From NCBI GenBank assembly GCA_963824385.1, contig CAWGPD010000004.1, forward strand, positions 192,001 through 256,000: 64,000 bases of DNA. The letters run 5' to 3'. Source of the DNA: an uncultured Nitrososphaerota archaeon. Its GTDB lineage: Archaea; Thermoproteota; Nitrososphaeria; Nitrososphaerales; Nitrosopumilaceae. This document shows positions 55,444-64,000 of the stretch, piece after piece. Numbering within the stretch: position 1 is the first letter of the stretch; each line of letters starts with the position of its first letter. A program made the position numbers and the translations under genes. The notes beneath the pieces are model-generated. The model made no database searches and had not been told where the DNA came from. It saw only the letters and a list, made by a program, of their open reading frames with translations.

Positions 55444-56352
55444 ATGTCAACGCTCAAAGTATGGCTACGTGTTGTACGAATAAAATTTCTTCTTGCATCA
55501 ATTATCTCAGTTTGCTTAGGTCTTGCAATTAACGGATGGCAAAACAAGACAATCGATATCGGTTTTGCAATATTGACATTTGTTGGAGTTATTGCATTGC
55601 ATGCAAGTGTAGATTTACTAAATGATTATTGGGACTATAAAAGACAAATTGATACCGATACCAAAAGAACAAAATTCAGTGGAGGAACTGGGGTTTTGCC
55701 AGAGGGGTTACTCAAACCAGATCAGGTATATCGCGCTGGAATAGCCATGTTGATAATTGGCTCTACAGTTGGCACATTTTTCATAGTTGAAAGAGGAATA
55801 ACCATAGCAGCAATTTTGGGATTTGCGATTGTTTCAATCTATTTTTATTCAACAAGAATTGTTGATTCAGGACTTGGTGAGATCTTTGTTGCCATCAAGG
55901 GTTCAATGATAGTACTTGGGACATATTTTGTCCAGAGCTCACACATAACAATTGAACCAATTCTTGCAGGAATTGTTTCAGGCGTTCTTTCATCCACAGT
56001 CTTGTTTGTGAATTCATTTCCAGATTTTGATGCAGATAAAAAACATGGGAGAAAAACCCTAGTCATAGCATTGGGAAAAGATAAAGCTTCATCTGCCATA
56101 TGGATCTTCCCGGTCATAATATACGGAATCGTCATTACATCAGTCATTCTAGGAATATTTCCAATAATTTCTCTTATTACCCTAATTACAATGCCATTTG
56201 CAATAAAATTTGGAATTGCACTCAAACGACATCATCAAGACATCGAAAGACTTGTTCCAGTGATGCATGGATTTGTATCATTTGGAAGAATAACTGGCAC
56301 GTTGTTTGTCATTTCATTTATTTTGGACATATTTTTGAAAAATCTTCAGTAG
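55444..56352 (+). CDS. UbiA/MenA-family prenyltransferase
   Basis: NDYWDYKRQID, GLGE, NSFPDFDADKKHGRKTL, multiple TM helices. Confidence 0.88.
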   Translation: MSTLKVWLRVVRIKFLLASIISVCLGLAINGWQNKTIDIGFAILTFVGVIALHASVDLLNDYWDYKRQIDTDTKRTKFSGGTGVLPEGLLKPDQVYRAGIAMLIIGSTVGTFFIVERGITIAAILGFAIVSIYFYSTRIVDSGLGEIFVAIKGSMIVLGTYFVQSSHITIEPILAGIVSGVLSSTVLFVNSFPDFDADKKHGRKTLVIALGKDKASSAIWIFPVIIYGIVITSVILGIFPIISLITLITMPFAIKFGIALKRHHQDIERLVPVMHGFVSFGRITGTLFVISFILDIFLKNLQ

Positions 56353-56382
56353 AATTAAATCGTCCAAATTTCAATCAAGTAT

Positions 56383-57489
56383 ATGATATCAGGTTATGCT
56401 ACATCAGATGGCACTTTAAATTATTCAAAAAGACATTCAACTGTAGCAAAAAATTATTTTAAGAGTTTTGCAGGACTTTCACTTTCATCCGTGGGAATTG
56501 GAACGTATCTTGGAAATCCCGATAATGCCACAGACAAACTAGTTGTAGAATCAATCAAGGTATCAGTAAAATCAGGAATCAATGTGATAGATACAGCAAT
56601 CAACTATAGAGCACAGAAGGCAGAAAGATCAGTAGGAAAGGCAGTCTCCGAACTCATAGAAGCAAACGATGTGAAAAGAGATGAGATTTTCATAAGCTCA
56701 AAGAATGGATACGTAACAAATGACGGAGATGTAAATGAAGAATTTTGGATCAACATACAAAATACACTTGTAAGAACAGGAGTAATAAAATCTGGAGATA
56801 TATCTTCTGGGTATCACTGCATGACTATACCATATTTGCAGAATCAGTGAAGTCAAAGCCTAAAAAATTTGGGACTAGACTGTATAGATTTGATGTATAT
56901 TCACAATGCTGCAGAAGGTCAGCTCCAAGATATTTCAAAAGACCAGTTTATGAAAAATCTCAAAGATGTATTCGAGTTTTATGAAAAACAAAGAAAGGAG
57001 AAAGTCATACGATATTATGGCATGGCAACATGGGAGTGTTTCAGAGTTCCAAAAGAACATCCTCAGTATTTGTCACTCTATGATATTGTAAAAATTTCAA
57101 AACAAGTTGGAGGTGAAGATAACGGATTCAAGTTTATTCAACTCCCATACAACATGTACCTTGATCAGGCACTTACTTTAAAGAGTCAGGAAATTGACAC
57201 CGTTCAATATAGCATACTAGAAGCAGCAAGAAAACTTGGAATAGGAGTATTTGCAAGTGTTCCACTCATGCAGGCCAAGTTACTTGCACCAAATATTTTA
57301 CCAGAATTTGGTGAGCTTGTAAAACCGTCTCATCGTGCAATCCAGTTTGTAAGATCCACGCCAGGAATAATTGCACCACTAGTGGGACAAAAATCTCAAG
57401 ATCATGTACAAGAAAATTTAGATATTTTATCTACACCAGTTTTGAGTGATTCAGAGTTTTCGGAACTGATAAAGAAATTATCACCATAA
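56383..57489 (+). CDS. aldo/keto reductase; in-frame TGA at 56848-56850 (probable error)
   Basis: GIGTYLG, IDTAINYR, SSKNG, SLKNLGLDCIDLMYIHN, QLPYN; both ORF pieces are in the same frame. Confidence 0.88.
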
Positions 57490-57528
57490 TTGTAAGTTTT
57501 AAATACAAATCTTAGGACGAATTTCATT

Positions 57529-57672
57529 ATGCCAGTAGATCCAGTATGTGGAATTGAACTAGATGAAAGCCTTGCTTTGGTACACGAATACAAAGGCAAA
57601 AAATATTATTTCTGCTGTCATGGATGTAAGAGGATCTTTGCTAAAAAACCAAACAAGTGGAAAAAAGATTAG
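57529..57672 (+). CDS. YHS/TRASH-domain small protein
   Basis: MPVDPVCG...YKGKKYYFCCHGCKRIFAKKP; absent from the ORF track (47 aa). Confidence 0.88.
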   Translation: MPVDPVCGIELDESLALVHEYKGKKYYFCCHGCKRIFAKKPNKWKKD

Positions 57673-58621
57673 ATAGGATAAGCGCCACACATACGGCAAA
57701 AATGTGAATCTACACTTAGGGTATAACTACAACATGGACACTTTGTTTCTGATTTAATCAGATCATACGGAGCATCAAAATACTTTCGGTATATTTCATA
57801 ATAGCAAAGAGACTCTTTTGAAGACAAATTGACTTTGTCTTTAGCCAAATATTGTTTAGATTTTTCAGAGTACACAGAATCCGGAATCAGATTATCAAGA
57901 AGAACAGTCAATCCGCTTGTTCCAGAACCATCCTGCATTGCATATTTTTCTCTCCAGACTATAGACTTTGGAAGTATGTCTTCAAAGGCCTTGCGGAGGA
58001 TCCATTTGCCATACATTATACCTCCTTCTCCATGTACCTTCAGATTTGATGGGGTCTTTTTTGCATACTCTGATACTAATGGATCAAGAAAAGGAGTGCA
58101 AAGTGATATTCCAACCGATGTGGAAATAGATCTCGAAGGATAGTGCATTACTTTCCAAATTCTAGCTGAGATCATCATCTAGTTTCTTTCCAGATAGTCT
58201 TTTGAAAAAATTGTATCCTGCAAAGAGTTCATCAGCACCATCGCCAGTCATAATAGATCTACATCCCAAATCTTTGGCAGTCTTCATTGTAAGATACATT
58301 ACAATATTATTTCTAATCTCTATGGGATTGAATACTTTGAGAATCTTGATAGTCTCCTCTGCAGCAGATAATAGATCTTCAACATTTGCAGAAATAACTC
58401 TGAGATCTAATTTGTTTTGTTTTGCCACAAGCTGAGCATACATTAGATCATTAGATACAAAGTCTTTTGTAACAAGAGTAAACGCTGTAATTTTTTTATT
58501 TGTAATACAAGAGGCAAGTATCGAGTCTATCAAGACCTCCAGAAAGAGCGACACAGTCATAATTGCAATTTTCTACTGCTTGTGATACCAGTGACTTTAT
58601 TTCTTTTACAAATTCTTGCAA
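57669..58621 (-). CDS. asparagine synthase C-terminal-domain protein with C-terminal zinc ribbon; frameshifts near 58526 and 58165
   Basis: ALSGGLDS, TGDGADELFAGY, PFLD, KWILRKAF...WREK, CPCC...CRMCG. Confidence 0.85.
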
Positions 58622-58705
58622 TAACCAGATCTTTTCTGCTCTCTAAATTAAGTCATCATAAAAAATATGATTAGGTTTAAATATTTTATAACAACATTTG
58701 GGCAT

Positions 58706-59123
58706 ATGCTTCTTCCTTCTGAAATAGAAACAAAGACTCTGATACCTGCATTGAGAGCAATTTTGGCAAAGAAGCTGAATAGAAGAGCATAAGATAAGAG
58801 AAGAAGAAGTCTCAAAATTGTTAGGAGTAACTCAAGCAGCCATAAGCAATTACGTCAGAGGAACAAGAGGGGATCCAGTTCTGATAAACAAGTTGCTATC
58901 AGTAAAGGAAGTATCTGACATGATAAATGATATTTCTAACAATCTTGCTTCAAAAATGGCATATACCCCAGCAAGTCTCTCAAAGTTCATAGGTCTTTGC
59001 AACTACATAAAATCAAGTCTACTGATATGTGATATACACCACAAGCTTGAATCAAACATAGATGAGGCAGTTTGCAAAGAATGTGAGAGTATGCTTCTAA
59101 AAGGTCCAGGTACTTCGTTTTAG
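58706..59123 (+). CDS. predicted HTH transcriptional regulator; frameshift near 58778
   Basis: MLLPSEIETKTLIPALRAILAKKL...LLGVTQAAISNYVRGTRG, C-terminal Cys/His cluster. Confidence 0.85.
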
Positions 59124-59440
59124 TTTGTTTTTGCCAAAGTAATTTTAATAATTGAAGTCATTGAAGGTCCAGAATTTTCACGAGTCTCTTCGCTATCTAC
59201 AACAATGTCAAGAATTTTGGAATTTCCCTTCATCATATTTTCAGTTACAATATTTGCAACAGCCACTGCAGTAGGTATTGACTGACCGCTTGCTACAAGT
59301 GTAACTGTTTTGTATTTTACTAGATCAGTTAAAAGATCAAGTGCGCATGGTACAATATCTTGTTGATGTATTGTAATTATCTTACCTGTGGAATTTGGGA
59401 AATTTCCATTTAACTGTGTTTTATCTTCGCTAATCAACAA
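59120..59440 (-). CDS. Alba-like nucleic-acid-binding protein
   Basis: VTLVASGQSIPTAVAVANIV...TSIIKITL matches the Alba pattern. Confidence 0.65.
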   Translation of the reverse strand: MLISEDKTQLNGNFPNSTGKIITIHQQDIVPCALDLLTDLVKYKTVTLVASGQSIPTAVAVANIVTENMMKGNSKILDIVVDSEETRENSGPSMTSIIKITLAKTN

Positions 59441-59494
59441 ACCCTATCACCACCATTTACGCATTCTATTAAAGTCTTATCGACCATTCATCCA

Positions 59495-60001
59495 TTAATC
59501 GAAAAGATCGATGGGAATGTTTTGAAAGTCACCATTTGGTAAAACTCGTCTAATTGTAATAGGAATTACACGTTTTTCAAGTTCAGCATATGCAAGATCA
59601 AGTGATGTTGCAACATCTTTTGGTATTGGTATGAAAGGTGGTGCTCCTAATGATAATTGTAATGCTCTAGCTCCCAGTATTCTAGCTTTTTCAAACCTCG
59701 TCAATGTTGGAGGACCTATCATTATCTTACCTTTTCCAGTCATCTCATACTCTACTGGAACATGAATTGGATCTACGTCTATAATTTCACGTGCGTCAAT
59801 TATCTTTCTTAGCCTCTCTTGTTCTGCAATTTCTTCTGCACTAAGCTCTTTCTTTCCTTTCTTTCCTGGTTTGACCTCCTCTTCTTCTTCCACTGGAGAT
59901 TCAATTGTTTCAACTACAACAGGGCCTATGACTGGTTCTTCTTCCTCTACTGGTTGAACCTCTTCAGTATCTACACTAACTTCCTCAGGTTCATCCGACA
60001 T
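59495..60001 (-). CDS. rpoK: RNA polymerase subunit Rpo6/K with acidic N-terminal extension
   Basis: LTRFEKARILGARALQLSLGAP...IPITIRRVLP. Confidence 0.95.
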   Translation of the reverse strand: MSDEPEEVSVDTEEVQPVEEEEPVIGPVVVETIESPVEEEEEVKPGKKGKKELSAEEIAEQERLRKIIDAREIIDVDPIHVPVEYEMTGKGKIMIGPPTLTRFEKARILGARALQLSLGAPPFIPIPKDVATSLDLAYAELEKRVIPITIRRVLPNGDFQNIPIDLFD

Positions 60002-60052
60002 TGTGATGTTGGATAAAGAAACGTTATATATTCATAATCCTTCTCCTCAAAA

Positions 60053-60439
60053 ATGAGCGCAGGCTCGGTTTCCAAGCAAGAACTGGTCTTAACTCTAAAG
60101 GGCAAGACTAGTCTCAATTTAGAATTAAAACGTCATTTAACTCCAAAGACAGTGGGTTTCATCATGAGATCGATTCCAATCGAGGGTAACGCCCACATGA
60201 TTGGTACAAGCATTGCATTTGTTGATACAACCATCAGAGCAGGAGGAGAAAAATTACAAACTCAATTCAAAAAAGGAGATGTGGTGTTTTTAGCCTCAAA
60301 CAGTTCAATTTGTTTTTTCATCGAAGACATGTCATCTACAAAATCCATGACATTGATTGGAAAAATAACATCAAACATTGAATCTTTGAAAAATGTAAAG
60401 CCTGGAGATATATTTACAATAACTCAGGCTGGAACGTAG
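60053..60439 (+). CDS. cyclophilin-like fold protein
   Basis: LTPKTV...FKKGDVVF...ICFF...IGKI pattern. Confidence 0.7.
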   Translation: MSAGSVSKQELVLTLKGKTSLNLELKRHLTPKTVGFIMRSIPIEGNAHMIGTSIAFVDTTIRAGGEKLQTQFKKGDVVFLASNSSICFFIEDMSSTKSMTLIGKITSNIESLKNVKPGDIFTITQAGT

Positions 60440-60735
60440 ATATGGTGTCCGCTATAGCCACCTATTCTTTTTACTAAACCCTTTTTCAACTGATTTTGTA
60501 AAAATGCATTTGCGGCAGATATTTTGACATTAGATTGTCTAGATAATTCTTGAGCTGTGAATACCTTTGCACCTTTAATGAAATTCATGGCTTGGCCTTC
60601 ATCAATGATAACAGAGATGTTTGTTCTTTGTTTTTGCTCTTTCTTATCACCCTTCTTTTGACCTCCCTTCTTGTCAGCCTCTGCTGTCTGAGTCTTTTCT
60701 GCTTGTGCTGGAGATTGTTTCTTGCCACCGCCCAT
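60424..60735 (-). CDS. rps25e: 30S ribosomal protein S25e
   Basis: MGGGKK basic N-terminus, KVFTAQELSRQSNVKISAANAFL...GYSGHHIY. Confidence 0.85.
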   Translation of the reverse strand: MGGGKKQSPAQAEKTQTAEADKKGGQKKGDKKEQKQRTNISVIIDEGQAMNFIKGAKVFTAQELSRQSNVKISAANAFLQNQLKKGLVKRIGGYSGHHIYVPA

Positions 60736-60816
60736 GTACAATTCTTTTTCTCCCCTATTTATAAACGAACAAGATTTTAAGAAATTCTAAATACTAGCTG
60801 AAAGTAGCTTTTTGTC

Positions 60817-61104
60817 ATGGGGTTAGATTTAATCGAAGAAAAAAATCTAAACGACGTGATTACCTATGCCCTTGATTATCCAACTATGGTATTAGCAGAA
60901 GCAAGATCATGGTCCATAACAAACATGGATGATTTTGCTATGGGGTTGTACGTTGGATATGTTGAAGGAGTATTCTTTGATGGATTTCTTGGTAGAAACA
61001 AACGATTTTTGGACTCGGAAGAGCATTCTGATTTTCATGTAATAATTTCAAAAAGAACAACAGAAATTAAATTAAAAATACAAGCACACTTGCACAAGAA
61101 ATAA
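60817..61104 (+). CDS. hypothetical protein
   Basis: 95-aa ORF, DDFAMGLYVG...FLGRNKRFL. Confidence 0.65.
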   Translation: MGLDLIEEKNLNDVITYALDYPTMVLAEARSWSITNMDDFAMGLYVGYVEGVFFDGFLGRNKRFLDSEEHSDFHVIISKRTTEIKLKIQAHLHKK

Positions 61105-61141
61105 CTCAACCTTTTATCCTACATATAGTAAACATCGTCAG

Positions 61142-62908
61142 ATGAAATTCTCACTTGTTGCAGATACTCTAAGCTACATGGAAAATACAACAAAGAGACT
61201 TGAACTGACACAGCATCTAGTGAATCTTTTTAAAATTACACCCCCTGACATAATACCAAAAGTTGTTTATCTCCTTCAAGGAAAACTCAGGCCTGATCAT
61301 GAGGGCGTAGAGATAGGCATTGCGGAAAAGATTGCAATAAGAGCATTATCAAAATCATCTGGAATATCAGTCAAAAAAATTGAGCATGAGTACAAGGAAA
61401 CAGGAGATTTTGGTCAAGTTGCGTCAAAGATACTTGAGCAAAAAACGCAAACAACATTTCTAAACCAAGACATCACAGTTGAAAGAGTATATGACACTCT
61501 CTATAAAATTGCAGAACTAAAGGGTGCAAGGTCTCAAGATATGAAGATGAAATATATCTCTAGCCTACTTAATGACGCAACTCCCACAGAAGGGGGATTT
61601 ATTGCAAAAATAATAACATCAAATCTTCGATTGGGAATTGCAGATTACACAATACTTGATGCCCTTTCTGTTGCATATACAGGCTCAAAAGAAAATCGAC
61701 CAATTTTAGAACATGCATACAATGTCTGCAGTGATTTGGGAAAAGTATCTCAAGCAGTTTCAAAAGATGGAATAAATTCTTTAAAAGGTTTTCAGGTAAA
61801 AATTTTCAGTCCAATTCGACCAATGCTTGCAGAGAGAGTAAAAAGCCCACAAGAGGCACATGAAAAGATGGGGCAGGAATTTGCAGCAGAGTACAAGTTA
61901 GATGGTGAGAGAGTTCAGATTCACCGACAAGGAGAAAAAATTATTTTATATTCAAGAAGTCTAGAAAACATTACCAACTATTATCCAGACATTGTAGAAA
62001 ACATTGGCAAATCTTTGAAAGCCAATGAAGTCATACTAGAAGCAGAAATTGTTGCCATAAATGATGATACTGGAGAATTTCTTCCATTTCAAGAATTAAT
62101 GCATCGAAGACGTAAATACAAGATTGCAAAGGCAGTTCAAGAATATCCTATAACGGTAAATTTCTTTGATGTATTATTAGAAGACGGAAAAAATTGTCTA
62201 GATATATCGTATAAGGAGAGAAGAAAAATTCTTGAGAGAATCATAGTTGAAGATTCTTTTGCAAAAGTAATGCCAATGACATTAGTGAAGGCGGACAATG
62301 AGGTAGAAGACAGTTTAGAGAATGCGATAAACTCTGGATGTGAGGGACTCATGCTCAAGCAGCTTGACTCGCCATACCGTGCAGGTGCAAGAGCAAGTAA
62401 CTGGCTAAAACTTAAGCGCGAGTATAGAAATGAATTGGGAGACAGTCTGGATTTGGTTGTGGTTGGGGCATTTTATGGAAGAGGTAGAAGAACTGGGAGA
62501 TACGGGGCATTGTTACTATCAGCATATGATGATCAAGTCGATGCATTTCCTAGCATTTGTAAAGTCGGCACCGGATTTACAGATGAGAGTTTGGATCAAT
62601 TTTATCAGATTCTTGCAGACAAGATCACTGTTAAAAAAGACCCAAGAATTGAAAGTGGACTTGAAGCAGATGTATGGTTTGAACCAGAAATTGTAATAGA
62701 GATTGTTGCATCAGAGATAACTCTCAGTCCAATCCATAAAGTTGCCATAGATAAAATTAGAAAAGGCAGTGGACTAGCTCTTAGATTTCCAAAATTCACT
62801 GGAAAGATAAGATTTGAGAAAACATTTGAAAATGCTACAACCATTGATGAGATCTTAACTTTATACAATAGTCAAAAACGTGTCATCCAAGATGAAAGAC
62901 AAACTTGA
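61142..62908 (+). CDS. lig: ATP-dependent DNA ligase
   Basis: PMLA, EYKLDGERVQIH, EGLMLK, WLKLK, KVGTGF, LRFP. Confidence 0.97.
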   Translation: MKFSLVADTLSYMENTTKRLELTQHLVNLFKITPPDIIPKVVYLLQGKLRPDHEGVEIGIAEKIAIRALSKSSGISVKKIEHEYKETGDFGQVASKILEQKTQTTFLNQDITVERVYDTLYKIAELKGARSQDMKMKYISSLLNDATPTEGGFIAKIITSNLRLGIADYTILDALSVAYTGSKENRPILEHAYNVCSDLGKVSQAVSKDGINSLKGFQVKIFSPIRPMLAERVKSPQEAHEKMGQEFAAEYKLDGERVQIHRQGEKIILYSRSLENITNYYPDIVENIGKSLKANEVILEAEIVAINDDTGEFLPFQELMHRRRKYKIAKAVQEYPITVNFFDVLLEDGKNCLDISYKERRKILERIIVEDSFAKVMPMTLVKADNEVEDSLENAINSGCEGLMLKQLDSPYRAGARASNWLKLKREYRNELGDSLDLVVVGAFYGRGRRTGRYGALLLSAYDDQVDAFPSICKVGTGFTDESLDQFYQILADKITVKKDPRIESGLEADVWFEPEIVIEIVASEITLSPIHKVAIDKIRKGSGLALRFPKFTGKIRFEKTFENATTIDEILTLYNSQKRVIQDERQT

Positions 62909-62978
62909 GAAAATTATTCTTGTTTACACAGCATTTACGCAAGGATTATTAGCCGCAGGCCTAGTTTAAAATCTCTAG

Positions 62979-63636
62979 ATGTATAGCGGAGAACTTGAAG
63001 TTCAGGCAAAGAGAAAGGCCCTTGCCGTTTTACAAGACGAAATAAACAGAATTCTCAACGCTGTCAGAGATCTATCAATTCTGCCTGGTTTGATTATCAA
63101 GGCAGACAAATCTGAAATAAAACAACTCCTTGAGCGAATAAAGAATACTGAAGATGAAGTAGAAGCTCTTCGTAGAAAAATCACTCGAGAAATTTCCGAT
63201 GTTGGAGGTCTCATGATGAACAGAGAGAATCTTTTGAACTCGGCATATACAATGGATGAAATTGCAGGATACATCACAGGCATTGCCTTTAAACTCTCAA
63301 ATATCAAGGCAGCCACACTCAAAAAAGAAAAGCTTGACAAGGATCTTACAGAACTAGTAGAGTCAGCTGTAGACCAGATTCACAAAATTAATGAAATAAT
63401 CAGGGCTCTTGCAAGCAACAACAGTACGGTGGCAATTGATCTTGCCCACGAGGCACAGAAAATAGAGAGATTGGTAGATGACAAGTACCGAGCATTAAGC
63501 ATAAGAGTACTTGATGAAACTGCTACGACCAAAGAGCTTATTGCTCCTAAAGGATGTAGTAGAAGGAATTGAAGAAATGTCAGACAAGGTCCTCCAAGTA
63601 TCAGATTCATTCATTTTGCTGGCTCTTAGCCTATAA
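62979..63636 (+). CDS. DUF47/PhoU-like phosphate transport regulator; frameshift near 63540
   Basis: EDEVEALRRKI, REN..MDEIA, ERLVDDKYR; C-terminus LLLKDVVEGIEEMSDK..LALSL* in another frame. Confidence 0.8.
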
Positions 63637-63716
63637 AATTTTAGAATACTCTTTTTCCTTTTTTTGCAAATTAATTGTAAACACTAAAATCGATTATCTT
63701 TTTTATTAGAAATGAT

Positions 63717-64000
63717 TTGAAAGGAGATCTAATAGAAAACAGGATAATAGTTTGGAATATCGAAGACTCTCGTGCCCTCTTTGTTGCAGGGTATTATGGA
63801 AAACCAATTGGCATGACAAAACCAAAGCCTGAGGAGATAAACGTGCCTTTGATTTTAGATCTAATAGAGGGGTTATATCTACAAGAAAAATCAAAACTCA
63901 GAGTATTTCATGCCAAAAAACTTGTTACACAAAAAGAGCTTTTAGAAATATGCAGAAGAGAATATCATAATTTTGACAAGAAATACACCGTGTACAAAGA
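63717..64000 (+). CDS. endA: tRNA-intron lyase (splicing endonuclease) subunit, 3' partial
   Basis: Open frame to the window end: LKGDLIENRIIVWNIEDSRALFVAGYYGKPIGMTKPKPEEINVPLILDLIEGLYL...FDKKYTVYK; start uncertain; absent from the ORF track. Confidence 0.8.
   Translation, partial: MKGDLIENRIIVWNIEDSRALFVAGYYGKPIGMTKPKPEEINVPLILDLIEGLYLQEKSKLRVFHAKKLVTQKELLEICRREYHNFDKKYTVYK

Noticed and set aside
56848..56850. Genome-wide TGA reassignment or selenocysteine
   Set aside because: TGA terminates many genes in the window, and the affected positions are expected to be Leu rather than Cys or Trp

Overview
AT-rich archaeal chromosomal segment from an ammonia-oxidising Nitrososphaerota (thaumarchaeal) genome; gene content and protein style suggest a Nitrosotalea-like organism (inference). 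It is mostly housekeeping: uvrBAC, purN/folD/purD, carAB, an ESCRT-III-like/cdvC cluster, ileS/metG/cysS, sucCD, the methylmalonyl-CoA mutase/epimerase module of the 3HP/4HB cycle, ilvC, ahcY, nadE, birA, rpo6, rps25e, rpl40e, DNA ligase and the start of the tRNA-splicing endonuclease endA. There are also a few accessory secreted proteins. About 24 single-base frameshifts or stops break otherwise intact genes, and about 18 of them sit on or next to AGCT, which points to methylation-linked long-read errors rather than pseudogenes. One disruption is different: carB carries a 22-nt insertion (23085-23106, minus strand) inside the conserved GE|FDYSG motif. It folds into a bulge-helix-bulge motif whose canonical cut sites restore the reading frame exactly, so it is a candidate endonuclease-spliced mRNA intron in a protein-coding gene other than cbf5. 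No rRNA, tRNA, CRISPR array or IS element was recognised.
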